Source: Felis catus
Lineage: Eukaryota
Reading direction: 5' to 3'
Assembly: GCF_018350175.1 (NCBI RefSeq)
Contig: NC_058368.1
Location: 177,756,001 to 177,820,000 of the forward strand
DNA length: 64,000 nt
Shown: positions 1 through 11,214 of the stretch, one piece after another
Layout: each line of letters begins with the position of its first letter
Numbering within the stretch: position 1 is the first letter of the stretch
Translations under genes and position numbers: made by a program
Notes under the pieces: generated by a model
The model's database searches: none
What the model was told of the DNA's origin: nothing
The model's input: only the letters and a program-made list of their open reading frames with translations

Positions 1-455
1 GATCGGATGAAAACGGGGCTGGAGTCAGGATGGGGAGCCACAGGGGGAACACGGAGCCCGCGCGGACTGTCGGAGATCCGAGAGGGCTGGTGGGAGGGAG
101 AAGGAGAGTGCGAGAGACCCCAGGGTGGGGGGTGGGGTGGATGCTGGTGAAGGTGCAGGTGAGAGGAAACTGAGCGGCTGCAGAAGCGGAAGAAAACACG
201 GAGAGTTGGAGAGGCGCACGAGAGCGATACAGGGATGGGAATGGAGGAGAAGCCGAGGCGCGAGAGAGTGGGGAGAGAAACACAGGCCGGCGGGAAGGAG
301 ACAAGGGAGATAAAATTCGGGAAGGAGTGGGAAGGCGCAGCCCTGGGAGGGCGGGTAGCGGGTAGCGGGTAGCACAGAATGGGGAGAGCGCGAGGCTGCG
401 GCGCGGGGCAAGGTGAAGGGCGGGTGCAAGACGGGCTGAGCCGGGCCTCTCTCAC

Positions 456-699
456 CGCCATTTGGTCCTCCGGTTTTGGAACCAGGTCTTGACCTGCGCG
501 TCCGTCATTTTGAGGGACTTGGCGAGCGCCGCCCTCTCGGCGGAGGCCAGGTACTTCTGGCGGTGGAAGCGCTTTTCCAGCTCGCAGATCTGCACCCGAG
601 AAAAGGACGTGCGCGGCTTCTTACGCTTGGGCGGTGTCCTGTTCTGGTAGGGGTGGCCGATGCGCCGGGTCACGGTGAAGGGCGTGAGCGCCGCCGCCG
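456..699 (-). CDS. TLX3: TLX3 coding exon 2 (244 bp), most of the homeodomain: [82 protein letters not shown]
   Basis: Acceptor tctccgcag|CG at 700/699 joins exon 1 in frame. TLX-type helix 3 VKTWFQNRR (Thr47). Donor GGCG|GTGAG at 456/455. Exon 3 lies left of the window. Confidence 0.97.
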
Positions 700-1053
700 C
701 TGCGGAGACACACGAGGCCCCCTTAAGCCCAGCCCGGCTCGACTGCCGTTCAGGCCCCACGCGGACCCCGTGCCGCCCGGTTGGGCGCAGGGTGCTCCGC
801 TATTTCGTTGGTCCCCCGCGTCCCCAGCGGCACCAAGCCGGTTGGGAGATACTCCCCTCTTCCCCTGGGCGTAGGCTTATTTCCCCGAAACTCCCTGATT
901 TTCCTCCCCCTACGGTAGCCCGGGGCCCCGGGCGCTGAGGCCTCCGTCGCGCTTGGGCCTCCGGAATCGTTTCCCGGAGTGGAGCACCTTGGGCGCGGCG
1001 CCTCTGGCCCCGGGAGGGCCAAGGCCCGGCGCTTGTTCGCTCGCCCTGCTCAC

Positions 1054-1474
1054 CTGTGAAGCGGTCTTTCACGAAGCGGCGGCTGCTCTCCATCCAGGGA
1101 AAATTGAGGCCGCCCAGGCTGGAGACCGTGGGCACGGAGGGCATGGCGGGCAGCGCGCTAGGCAGAGGCGGTGGCACGGCCCCGGGCAGCGGCCTGTGCG
1201 CTGGCACTCGGATCACTCCGGCGGGCGCCAGGCTCAGGTTGACACTGTAAGATCCCGGGTCCTCGAAGGGCGCGCCGAGGCCGGCAAAGGAGGCGGGCAG
1301 AGACGGGTATGTGGCGCCCGGACGGCCCCCGGGGGGCCCTCCCAGGTAGCTGGCGCCGTCGGGGCCCCGCGGGGCCGGTGCGCTGTCCTGGTCCGGGCTG
1401 TTGAGGATCTGGTCGATGCCGAAGCTGATGGGCTCGTGCGGGTGCGGGGTCTGCGCGCTGGCGGGCGCCTCCAT
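1054..1474 (-). CDS. TLX3: TLX3 coding exon 1 (421 bp): MEAPASAQTPHPHEPISFGIDQILNSPDQD...LNFPWMESSRRFVKDRFT
   Basis: ATG at 1474 in strong context (AGG ATG G). Contains the eh1 motif FGIDQIL (1403-1423) and the Pbx-binding FPWM hexapeptide (1091-1102). Phase-1 donor ACAG|GTGAG at 1054/1053. Confidence 0.97.
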
Positions 1475-1662
1475 CCTGGGCGGGCGGAAGGGCTGGGCTG
1501 GGCTGGGCGGGGAGGCGGCTGGGTCCCTGTTACGGCGCGGCCATGGAGCGCCCGGCGCCTCTCGTTGCACTGAAACTTTGCCAAGAGTGCGCGGGCCCGA
1601 CAGGCTCTGTGTCATCTTTCTTGAACCGAACCTGGAGTTTCCGCTGCTAATTCCTCTCCCGC

Positions 1663-1706
1663 CGCAGCCATTGGCTGCGATCAACAAGCCTCTCTCCTCC
1701 CATTGG
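1663..1706 (-). promoter_or_regulatory. TLX3 proximal promoter: tandem CCAAT (NF-Y) boxes
   Basis: ATTGG at 1670-1674 and 1702-1706 (CCAAT on the minus strand), 32 bp apart, about 200 bp upstream of the ATG. No TATA box evident. Confidence 0.75.
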
Positions 1707-2849
1707 CTCCCGGCTTTCAATAAAGGCCTAATTCATGGAAATAGGAGCTTAGGGACTGTTCCAAGGTGACATCATTTTAACAAACGAACAATAGGTCAAA
1801 TTTATTAGCCGGGATAATGGGCGGCGGATATTAGCGCCCGAACCGCAGCCTCCCAAACCCGAAATCTAACGAAGCTGCAATTAGCAGACGCTCCCCGCTC
1901 CTCCCGGCCGGGGCCGCTTCCCCGGCCGCAGCGCGGGGCGGGCCAGGGCGCTCTGCCGGTGAAATTGCCTCTTGCTGAGGGGGGTTTCGTTTTCTTCCAA
2001 ATTTTGTCATCTGGGCAAAAACCAAACCATGCGAATCCTCTCCATTGCAATGGAGTGGCAAGTCCGGAATGACCCTGTGGAATCCGCGGAAGCGTCTTGG
2101 ACTCTCCACCGCCGCGGGAGCAACGAAAGGAGCGCACTACCCCGCACGAGCTCCGCGCTCCCAGCGCGCTGCGTGAGGGGAGCCCGCCGCGTGTTCCGCG
2201 CTCCCGAGGACGCCGACCCGCGTGGGGAGAATTCGCCCCCGCTCGGGCCACTTTGGAGACAGTCGCCGGCTCCCGCCAGGCGGACCGAGGTGTGACTCCC
2301 CTAAGCCCACGCGTGCCTGGCCCAGCTGGTCTAGGGACCCAGGGTCCCCCGGTGGGGAGCGGGGATCCAGCCCCTCGAAATTCGTTGCAGGATGGACGGG
2401 ACTATGGTCGCGCGTGGGGACCCGCCCGTGGCACGGCAGGTGTGGGGATCAGGGGTGCCCGAGAGGCAAGGCGCAGAGGCTGTTCATCTTTAAAGACCGG
2501 GATTTCTTTGGGTAACGGGGGCTGCCAGCCCCTCCCGCTCCCGGCCAGCCTGAGCGTTGAACCGCTCCCTCCCTGCTCCGCTCACGCTCTCGGGGACTGT
2601 CAAGGCGGGTCGAAGGGCACCGTGGACAGGACAGGACCGTACGCCGGGAGGTCACCCCCAGCGCCAGCCTCAGCTGTCTCCCCTGGAGGAGACATACAGA
2701 ATCGTTTTCTACTCGCGAATTCTAAAATCGTTAGGTGCAAACTGACTGCTGCACCCCTGGCCAGGCCCCTCTCGCTCCCCCTGTCTTGCGGACGTGGTGA
2801 GAGCCCTGATAGGCGGTTGGCCAGAAGAGTGTTCACATTGGGTCGGTCA

Positions 2850-3010
2850 CTTTCTAGTTCAGTGACCTTGGGCAAGTGACTTCATATCTTTGGGCTTGGT
2901 TTTCTCGTTTATAAAATGGGCCGCGCGTGCATTGCGGAATTGTCGTAAGTCTTGCGTGAGATATTGAGAGAAGGTAGGTAGGGCTTAGGGCCTGGCACAT
3001 AGTAGGCACT
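2850..3010 (+). mobile_element. MIR
   Basis: Core gtgaccttgggcaagtgactt...ttttctcgtttataaaatggg...cctggcacatagtaggcact. Confidence 0.7.
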
Positions 3011-3968
3011 GAGGGGCTGTGGCTGCCCTCCCACTCCCACCCCCAACGTGATGGTTGACGTATTATTCTCATGGTTCTTGTTTATCTGTTTGCAGTTTTA
3101 GGTTATTTGCAGAGGCTCAGTATCTTGAACAGAAAAATGTTATTTGTCTATCTGCAGGGTCAGTCTTAGAGGACCAGGAAAGGTGGGGGGCAGCATGTTG
3201 GGGGTTCTTCCTAATAATCTACCCCCAGTAGCTCACAGGTTTCAAGATCTGCAGTCTTAAGGCCTGGGTTCCTGAGTCAGCTCACCGCCCGCTGAGTGAC
3301 CTTGGGCTAGTCGCTGGCTCTTGCTGGGTGGAGAGAATGAGGCCACTGGCAAGTGAGGCACCGGTGAGGAGGGCAGGGTGCCTGGGGCAGGACGAGCCCT
3401 CTTTCCTTGGAAATCCAAGAATCTTCAAATGGAACACTGACTCCATCCTGGGGGCCTCCCGCTTCTATTTCAGGCTCTGCCACCAGTGGTTTGGGGACTG
3501 TTTGGCCCCTCATTGCCCCTCCTGGAGCCTCATTTTCCTTATTTGTAAAATAGGAAGGGTAATAGCTACCCCCAGGGTGGCCGTGAGAAGTAAATGAGAT
3601 AAGGTCTGTGGACATGCCTGTGAGGAGCTGGATTATATAATAATAACTTTAACGACAACAGTAGAGCTGCTGTAGGTGGAGAACGTAGTGTGTGCCAGGC
3701 AGGGGGTGGGCATTTACTTCTTTCTCCCAACCACCCTGTGAGGGAAGGCTGTTATTGATCCCATTTTTTACCTGATGAGGGAACTTCAGGTCAGAGAGTT
3801 CATGCAGCTCACAGCCCCCCTTCTCCAGGGCTAGGGAGTCACCTCGCCTGCTCCATGTCCCTTCTGGCATCCAAAGCCCAGGGTTCCAGGCCTGTCCTCC
3901 CCACTTCCTGGCTTTGTTAAATTGGGATAACAAGGCCCACCCCACACAGGTATGTGGGCATAGAATTA

Positions 3969-4185
3969 GGGGCGCCTGGGTGGCTCACTGGCTAAGCGTT
4001 CGACTTCCGCTGGGGTCATGATCTCCCCGTTCGTTCGTGGGTTCGAGCCCGTGTTGGGCTCTGTGCTGACAGCTTGGATCCTGGAGCCTGCTTCCGATTT
4101 TGTGTCTCCCTCTCTCTCTGCTCTTCCCTGCTTGCACTCTGTCTCAAAAATAAATAAACATTAAAAAAAGTTAAAAAAAAAAAAA
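3969..4185 (+). mobile_element. CAN-SINE (feliform SINEC)
   Basis: GGGGCGCCTGGGTGGCTCA head, (CT)n, AATAAA/A-tail, short TSD agaatta. Confidence 0.92.
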
Positions 4186-4559
4186 AGAATTAAAGAGAAG
4201 TGGGTGATGTGGCCCACACTGCCCCCAGGGCATGCTGACTGGCCCAGTGCTTAAGAACCTCTGTTTGCCAGCTGTGGGCTTGGGGAATTCACCCTTTTTG
4301 CACGTCAGTTCCTCATCTAGTAAAGCAACAGTACCGATGTCATGGGATTCAAAGAGCCCATCCAGGTGAAAACAGCAGTGCAAGGCAGGGGCAGAATTCT
4401 GCCTCGCCACCTGGGTCCCAGCTTTCTGAGGTGCCTAGTTTCGTGGTCATCCAGCAGTAGGCCACTGATAGCAACCCCCCTCTTTCCCAGTCCAGACAGA
4501 GCAGAGAGGTTAGCCAGCTCAGGAAGGGGAGTAAATGGGGCAGATAGCAGTCCCTGGGA

Positions 4560-4744
4560 CAGGGGTTCTCAAAATGTGCGCCTGGACCAGAAGCAGCAGC
4601 AGCACCTGGGAATTTGTTAGAATTGCAGATTCTTGGACCCCAGCCCAGACCTCCTGAATCGGAAACTCCAGGGTAGGGCTAGGCAATCTGCTTTAACAAG
4701 CCCTCCAGGTGATTCTGATGCATACTCACATTCGGAAGCCAGTG
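4560..4744. mobile_element. MER5A-like hAT-Charlie MITE
   Basis: caggggttctcaaa...gcagcagcacctgggaatttgttagaattgcagattct...ttaacaagccctccaggtgattctgatgca. Confidence 0.75.
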
Positions 4745-4869
4745 CCCAGAATATTGTCCATTTCATCCAAGTTCTCAAATTCGTTGTAACAATGTTGTGG
4801 GAAGATTCTTCCATAATTGGAAACTCTCATGTGAATCTGAGCTAACATCCTCTGCTCGCCACTCTCAGT

Positions 4870-5150
4870 GTTTCTCAGTTGTGTCTTCTCTTATCATATT
4901 TGCCAAAGGTTTGTCTATTTTACTGGTCTTAAAGAGAAGCCTTTTATTTCCTTATCTTCTTTTTTATGTCATGTCTTTGAGGAATGTTTTGATTTATTTT
5001 CATTAACTTTTTCTTCTTTGTTGAGGTGAAAATCTAGTTAATGTTTTTTATCAACGTTTCTTGTTTTTTTTTTAAGAAATATATAAAAGGTCATAAATTT
5101 ACCTCTAAGCACCTTTTGCCCAAATATGTTTTGATGCGTAGTTGGTGTTC
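4870..5150 (-). mobile_element. Old L1 ORF2 fragment
   Basis: T-rich, with gccaaaggtttgtctatttta and ataaatttacctctaagcac typical of antisense L1. Confidence 0.55.
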
Positions 5151-6596
5151 CTGAGATTATAAATTTATGCTGTCCCTTCTTGCCTGCTATCAGTTGGACA
5201 ATGACAGACACATATGCACATGCCCAAGAAGAGAGATTAGACGATGAAAATTCTAAGAACTGGGGCTGTGGGGGCCAGAAAGATTTCTGAGTGCAATACA
5301 CTGTCTCTTCTTCCCCTGGGAGAAGTTGGGAGGACCGGTGGACTGGTGGGGGCCTTGCTGGGAGACATCCAGGAGAGAGGGGTGGCTTCAGGGCTGGAGG
5401 ATAGGATGTTGGGATTCCCAACTGCCGATGTTCAGGAGGCCAAGTTAGTCCAGTCTCGTTCTGCTGCTTATTTCTTGGGTGAATTGGACTCAATTTCCCT
5501 ATCTATGAAATGGGGGTAGAGATTGAATCAGGGCTCTTAAATATATTTGGGTCAGCGATCCTATTTGAAAGGTCGATGAAAATGTTATGGACTACTTCCA
5601 TAGACAAAGACACACACACACACAATTTGGCACACATAACCATGTCACAGGTTGCTTACCTGTCCACCTTCCACTCTTTGTTCGCACACCCGAGTTGGAA
5701 GTCTCTGGGGGCCCTTGCAGTTCTCGGGATGGAAGGCTCTAAAGACACCTGCCCAAATTGATTCGCTTATTCATTCATCTATTCAACACATATGTACTGA
5801 GCACCTGTTCAAATTTTCTGGACCGTGTCCCAACTTTGGGGCTCAGTTTGCCCATCTCTTAGTGGGAGTAAGGCAGTTTGAACTCTTTGTTGCTGCCTCC
5901 CCATGATGGGAAAGACTAGGGAGGGGCCTTCCTGAGGAAGCCTGCAAGGCCTTCTCGACTCTGCCAGCTGGAGGAAGGCAAAGGCCACCTGGTACTGTGT
6001 GGTCTTTGTGCCCCCCAGCACCAGTCACGGGACTCAAAGGACAGTTGGTTGAGGGACGTGAATCTCTCGCCCAGGGGTATGCAGCTGAGAAGGCTGGAGT
6101 TGGGATTTGAACCCAGGACTATCTTGACCCCAGAGCCCATGCTTTTCCCTTTACCTCATTCTCCCATTTCTACTCTGGGAGCAGGTAGTAAGGACTGAGG
6201 GGGCAGGGAAGATTAGTGGAGGAGCTGGGTGAAGGTGCCCGGAAGCAGAGGCATGAGGACTGGCCATGGTGGGGCTCCTTTCTGTCCCTTCTGCTAGTCG
6301 GAGAGCTCCTTCGGGACACAACAATATCGACAGCACTTTATTCCATGTGTTGGGGCTGGGCCCGCTGGAGGATCCGCATCACAAGTTTGTGGTACTAACC
6401 TGAGGAGCACACAGCAAGGTCAGATGAAGGGATGGGAAAAGGGATCCAAGTGCATCTGGGATTGTGCGCATACGCGGGTTCGGCATTCACTTCCCCCAGC
6501 TCTGCCGGAGGCATCTTTGAAAATGCAGGTCAGTTATGGCTCTCTGCCCATCCTCCAAAGTAGCCCCCTCTCCCCTGTCACTCTCTATCCCTGTTT

Positions 6597-6833
6597 CTTT
6601 TTTTTTTTATTAAACTTTTTTTTTTAATGTTTATTTATTTTTGAGACACAGAGAGACAGAGCATGATCGGAGGAGAGGCAGAGAGACAGGGAGACACAGA
6701 ATCCGAAGCAGGCTTCAGGCTCTGAGCTGTCAGCACAAAGCCCATCGCGGGGCTCAAACTCACAAACCGTGAGATCATGACCTGAGCCGAAGTCGGTCGC
6801 TCAGCTCAGCCGACTGAGCCACCCAGGCGCCCC
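6597..6833 (-). mobile_element. CAN-SINE inserted in an L2 3' end (L2 about 6480-6970)
   Basis: Full SINE with TSD atccctgttt (6587-6596 / 6834-6843). Flank ends in an L2-like gaatgaatgagtgaatgaatga tail. Confidence 0.9.
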
Positions 6834-7952
6834 ATCCCTGTTTATTTTCATCCTTACATTCGTTGCCTTTGAAACCCATCTTATTTATCCTGTTCGCCAG
6901 CTCTCTGAAGGCAGGGACTTTGTCTCATACTTTGTTTTATCTGTGGTAGGCGAATGAATGAGTGAATGAATGATTTCCAGGATCTTTGTGCCGAGTCCCA
7001 CCGGGGCCCTGGCCTTGCGGCAGGGAGGCTGGCGGCCACATCAAGAAGCTGGCCATGGGGCTGGGGGTTAAGACAGAGGGTGTGAGACAGGAAGGGAGAG
7101 GGCTGGGCGGATGCGGAGGGGTGTGTGAGCAGGGACCAGGTGCAGATGGCTGAGTGCAAGGAGAGAGAGGGACTGGTCAGTGCACACGGGCGCAGGGGAG
7201 TGAGATTAGGCACTGAGGGCAGCCACATGTGAGGGCCATCTGGATACCCCCTAAACTGATCCCATGCCCTCTTTTCCCTCCACCACCCATCAGCCATTTT
7301 CTCCATTTTGTGTTCTACAACTTTCCTCTTTTCCTGACAGATTTCTCTACTAAATTTGACTTCGTTTCAACACTTTGGTTGGGCAAATTACATTAAGATG
7401 GATGTTGCAGGTACCCTTTATGGTTTATTTATCGTGATACTGTTGTATCTCACGCTTATAAATAACTTATGTTATAGCTTTTGTTTGTGGAAATGTAACT
7501 TACATATTTTATTACGCTTTCTGTAAACCTCAAAAAGAATCTTGTCAAGGAAGCGCTCTTATCAGCAATCCAAACTATGGGACGTAAAAACCGACACTAC
7601 CATTATTTTTTAATATGCCAAGGAGGCAGGTTACTCTTGCTGTAGTTTGAAAGGTTTGCTGTCATCGTAAACTTGCACCTCAATAAAACATTAAAAAGTC
7701 TCAAGAACGATTTTATAAAGTTCAGGGAGGAGGGTGAATCGGTGGCGGAACCCATGGACGCAGCATACAAGGAACCCAGCCAGGTGTTGGACTGGCCTTT
7801 CTTTGAGAGTGTCCAGCTCCATTTGGGGCTCCTGGAGGGTTCCAGGCCCGCCTCCCCATCCACTGGCCCTGAAGTCCGGTGGTGAAGCACCCAGTTTAAG
7901 GGATTATAAAGGATAAGAGACATGAGTTCTGGAGTCAGGCTGATCTGATTTT

Positions 7953-8088
7953 TTATCAAGAGCGAATGTGAATCGGGGAGAGGGAGAGATAGAAGAAGCT
8001 TAAGCAGGCTCAATCCCAAGAGTCTGGGTTTGTGATCTGAGCTGAAATCAAGTCAGACACTTAACTGACTTAACAGCCCAGGCGCCCC
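7953..8088 (-). mobile_element. Older, internally deleted CAN-SINE inserted in a MIR
   Basis: Ends ...cccaggcgcccc. TSD aggctga(t/c)ctgatttt at 7937-7952 / 8089-8104. Confidence 0.8.
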
Positions 8089-8207
8089 AGGCTGACCTGA
8101 TTTTGACCCGGCTTGTCCACTTGTTAGCTATGTGGCCTGGGGGCAGTCATTTAGTCTCAGTTTTCTCATCTCTAAAATGGGGATAATATTACTTACTTGA
8201 TATTCTT

Positions 8208-8433
8208 TTTTTTTTTTTTAATTTTTTTTCAACGTTTTTTATTTATTTTTGGGACAGAGAGAGACAGAGCATGAACGGGGGAGGGGCAGAGAGAGGGAGA
8301 CACAGAATCAGAAACAGGCTCCAGGCTCTGAGCCATCAGCCCAGAGCCCGACGCGGGGCACGAACCCACGGACCGCGAGATCGTGACCTGGCTGAAGTCG
8401 GACGCTTAACCGACTGCGCCACCCAGGCGCCCC
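8208..8433 (-). mobile_element. Young SINEC_Fc-type SINE inserted in the same MIR
   Basis: Perfect 17-bp TSD acttacttgatattctt (8191-8207 / 8434-8450). CpG-rich body. Confidence 0.93.
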
Positions 8434-9689
8434 ACTTACTTGATATTCTTATTGGGAAACATTAATTTAAATGGGATAGGTATTTGCAACGCTCAGTGGC
8501 TGCTCAATAATAAATGTGCTTGTCATTAATTTTTGCCTTGAAACTGTTACTTTCTCCCTTTCTACTCACCTTGCTCTCCTCTCCAGGTGCTCTCCCCCAC
8601 GTCACTGTAAGGAGCTGAGTTCTCCCAGAGGCTACCACCGCCAAACTGCTGGACTGACCTCCACCTAGATAGGGTTCCCATCTGCCAGATTTTTCACTTT
8701 CCCAGTTTCTCTCATCCAGACTATCCTATTCCTTGTTCTCATGCCCAGCTCTCTATTGGTGGCTAACTAATCCTCAAGGGTCTCAGTTGATGGCTATATG
8801 CCAGGCCTGTTTTTCACGCTGAAAGAGACCTTCAGTACCGCAATCTAGTGGCACTTCTAGGTTGGCAGGGCCAGTGGAAGCGAGTCTGGGGGGCCAAGAG
8901 GGCTCTTCTGGGCAGCTGGGATCATCACGTGGCACAGGGACTCATGCGCTCTCATCCCCCCGCCCCCGCATCCTAGAGAAGCCTGAATGGCAAACACAGA
9001 AAAATGGAAACATCTGGAATATAAGCAGGATACAGCTTTCTCAGGGTCAGGTTCTTAAGTCAGTGTGGAAGGCGACCATCGAGCAAAGTCAAAACACCTT
9101 CACACCGTTTCTTGCTTGAGTTATCAACTGGAGCAGTTGGCTAGATGTAGGCCCCGCCCCGATGCCACTGCACAAATGATGCTTGTCTGCACAGAGGCCT
9201 CCCCGGGAGAATGAGGTGAGCCAGCACTGGCCTGCACCTCCCACTTCACCCTCACTCTGACCCCGGAGACCTGCCTGCACCGTTTATTTCTTCCTGTTGC
9301 TGAATGTTACATACACCTGTGACCTCGTTCAAGTACATAACAGATCCAACTAGTTCTCCTTTGTGTAGATTCCACAAGTGTGGGTGTGCCCTTGAACGCT
9401 TGATTTATCGCCGGCATAAGGTGTCCCTCCAGAGAACTGTTTCCCCAGGAGTCTTCAGGGCAGGCTGTGGGTGGGGGCACAGTTCCCAAACAGCTTCGGT
9501 AGTGGGGTGAGCGCGCAGTATAATGTGCTCCGGAAACATGCCAGCTTCCCTACCATCTTTTCTTCCTTAGGGCACAGAATGGAACTTCCTTCACCCGCCA
9601 AAGAAAATCAAGATTCCTTTCCAGGTTTCAAGGGAGAAACCTGTAGCCACACTTAATTAACCTCTCCAGTAAAGGCTGGTTAAGAGAGC

Positions 9690-10212
9690 TGTGGCAAGAG
9701 CTTTGAAAATGGCGTCCGTAGATCCCTGCCTCCTGGTATTCAGGCCCTTGGGTAACCCCTCCCCTTGGGTGCGGGCTGGGCCTAGCGATTTCCTTCCAAG
9801 GGAATACAGCAAAAGTGATGGGATGCCTCTTCTGAGATGAGCTAAGAGGCTGGACTTCCAGACTGTGGCAATGTCTCCTCGCTCTTCTGCTCGCTCTTGA
9901 TGAAGCCAAGACGCCATGCTGCGCGCCGCCCTATGGAGAGGCCCATTCGGCAAGGCACTGAGGCTGTCAGATCACCAATCTGCGAGGAACTGACTCCTCA
10001 CCATGAGTGAGTGTGGAAGCAGATCCTTCCCCAGTTGAGTCCTGGGATGACCACAGCCCAACAATGTGGATGGCAGTCTGTGAGGGACCCTTAAGCGGAG
10101 GATCCAGCTACGTACAGATTTCTGACCCCCAGAAACTGTGAGATAACCACTGTTGTTCTAAGCCAATACAGTTTGGGGTAATTTGTTCTGTAGCAACAGA
10201 GTTCAGAAACAC
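9690..10212 (+). mobile_element. MaLR solo LTR (MLT1E/F-like)
   Basis: gatccctgcctcctggtattca...ctatggagaggccc...cagaaactgtgagataa...ttggggtaatttgtt...gcaacaga...aca. Confidence 0.7.
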
Positions 10213-10259
10213 ACATGAAAGTGGATGTAAATATTAACTGGTTTCAACTCACCATTCTT

Positions 10260-10476
10260 TTTTTTTTAAAAGAAGTGTTTATTTTTGTTTATTTGGGAGG
10301 GAGGAAGAGAGAAGGAGAGAGGTAGGGAGGGGCAGAGGGAGAGAGAGAATCCCAAGCAGGTTCCATGCTGTCAACACAGAGCCCAGTGTGGGGCTGGATC
10401 CCACGAACTGTGAGATCATGACCCGAGCGGAAATCAAGAGTTGGATGCTCAACCGACTGAGCCACCCAGGTGCCCC
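10260..10476 (-). mobile_element. CAN-SINE (older subfamily)
   Basis: Degenerate TSD tca(a/g)ctca(c/t)cattctt. Confidence 0.88.
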
Positions 10477-11001
10477 TCAGCTCATCATTCTTAAATCCAG
10501 GTCTTCTTGGAAGAAAGCAGGAATTACTTTGAGGTGAGAGAGATGGGTTCAGATCTCGCCTGTGTGACCTGTGTTAAGCTACGTACCACCTATGAGCCGA
10601 ACTTTCCTTATCTGAAGGGTGAGAGTAATGCCGTCTGCCTTCACAGGGCTTGTGAGGACCAAGGGCGATCACACATGGAAGGGGCATGGCAGATGTTCTG
10701 TTAAGTATTTGCTATGTCTGTTCTCAGCCTGTGTGCCGCCTCGAGGTGCGCTGTAAATCCCCACCAAGAGCAGGCTGAGGTTGGCCGTCGGGGCAGGCCT
10801 GACAAGTCCTCCTGTGGGAGTGGCTCTCCAAGGCCAAGGCTGATGGTGCCTTCCCTGGCTGATGTGAAACCACCAGGTGACCTTTGGCAGTGCGGCCAAG
10901 AAAAGCAAGTGTGCATTGTTATTTTCTTGGGAGCATTTCAGTGCAGGTGGTGTGGTGCTTTCAGGTCCAACTTTTGTAAAAGAAGTGTCTGGGGGTGGGG
11001 T

Positions 11002-11214
11002 GGGGTGCCTGGGCGGCTCAGTCGTTTACACATCTGACTTTGGCTCAGGTCATGATCTCATGGTTCGTGGGTTCAAGCCCCACGTCTGGCTCTGTGCTGA
11101 CAATTCAGAGCCTGGAGCCTGCTTCGGATTCTGTGTCTTCCTCTCTCTCTGCCCTTCCCCTGCTCACACTCTTTCTCTCTCAAATCTAAACAAACATAAA
11201 AAAAATAATAAAAG
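11002..11214 (+). mobile_element. CAN-SINE
   Basis: Full body and A-rich tail; aaagaagtgtc repeated in the flanks. Confidence 0.9.

Larger units (their letters stand above)
1..2800. promoter_or_regulatory. CpG island covering the TLX3 body, promoter and upstream region
   Basis: Very high GC content and dense CpG dinucleotides from the window start to about 2.8 kb, then an abrupt fall to CpG-depleted DNA. Confidence 0.9.

Noticed and set aside
800..1720. 306-aa ORF as a complete protein
   Set aside because: It is TLX3 exon 1 plus read-through into the 5' region and intron 1; the splice donor at 1053 and the exon 2 phase explain it.
953..2879. Long plus-strand ORFs (206 aa, 260 aa) in the CpG island
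   Set aside because: GC-rich, stop-poor DNA giving low-complexity Arg/Gly/Pro translations with no recognisable domain.
3969..4060. tRNA-like A/B boxes
   Set aside because: tRNA-derived SINE heads followed by (CT)n and A tails, not tRNA genes.
7290..7700. AT-rich segment possibly from a DNA transposon, and ORF 7603-8019
   Set aside because: Could not assign a family or termini by eye; the ORF starts inside a SINE and has no recognisable homology.
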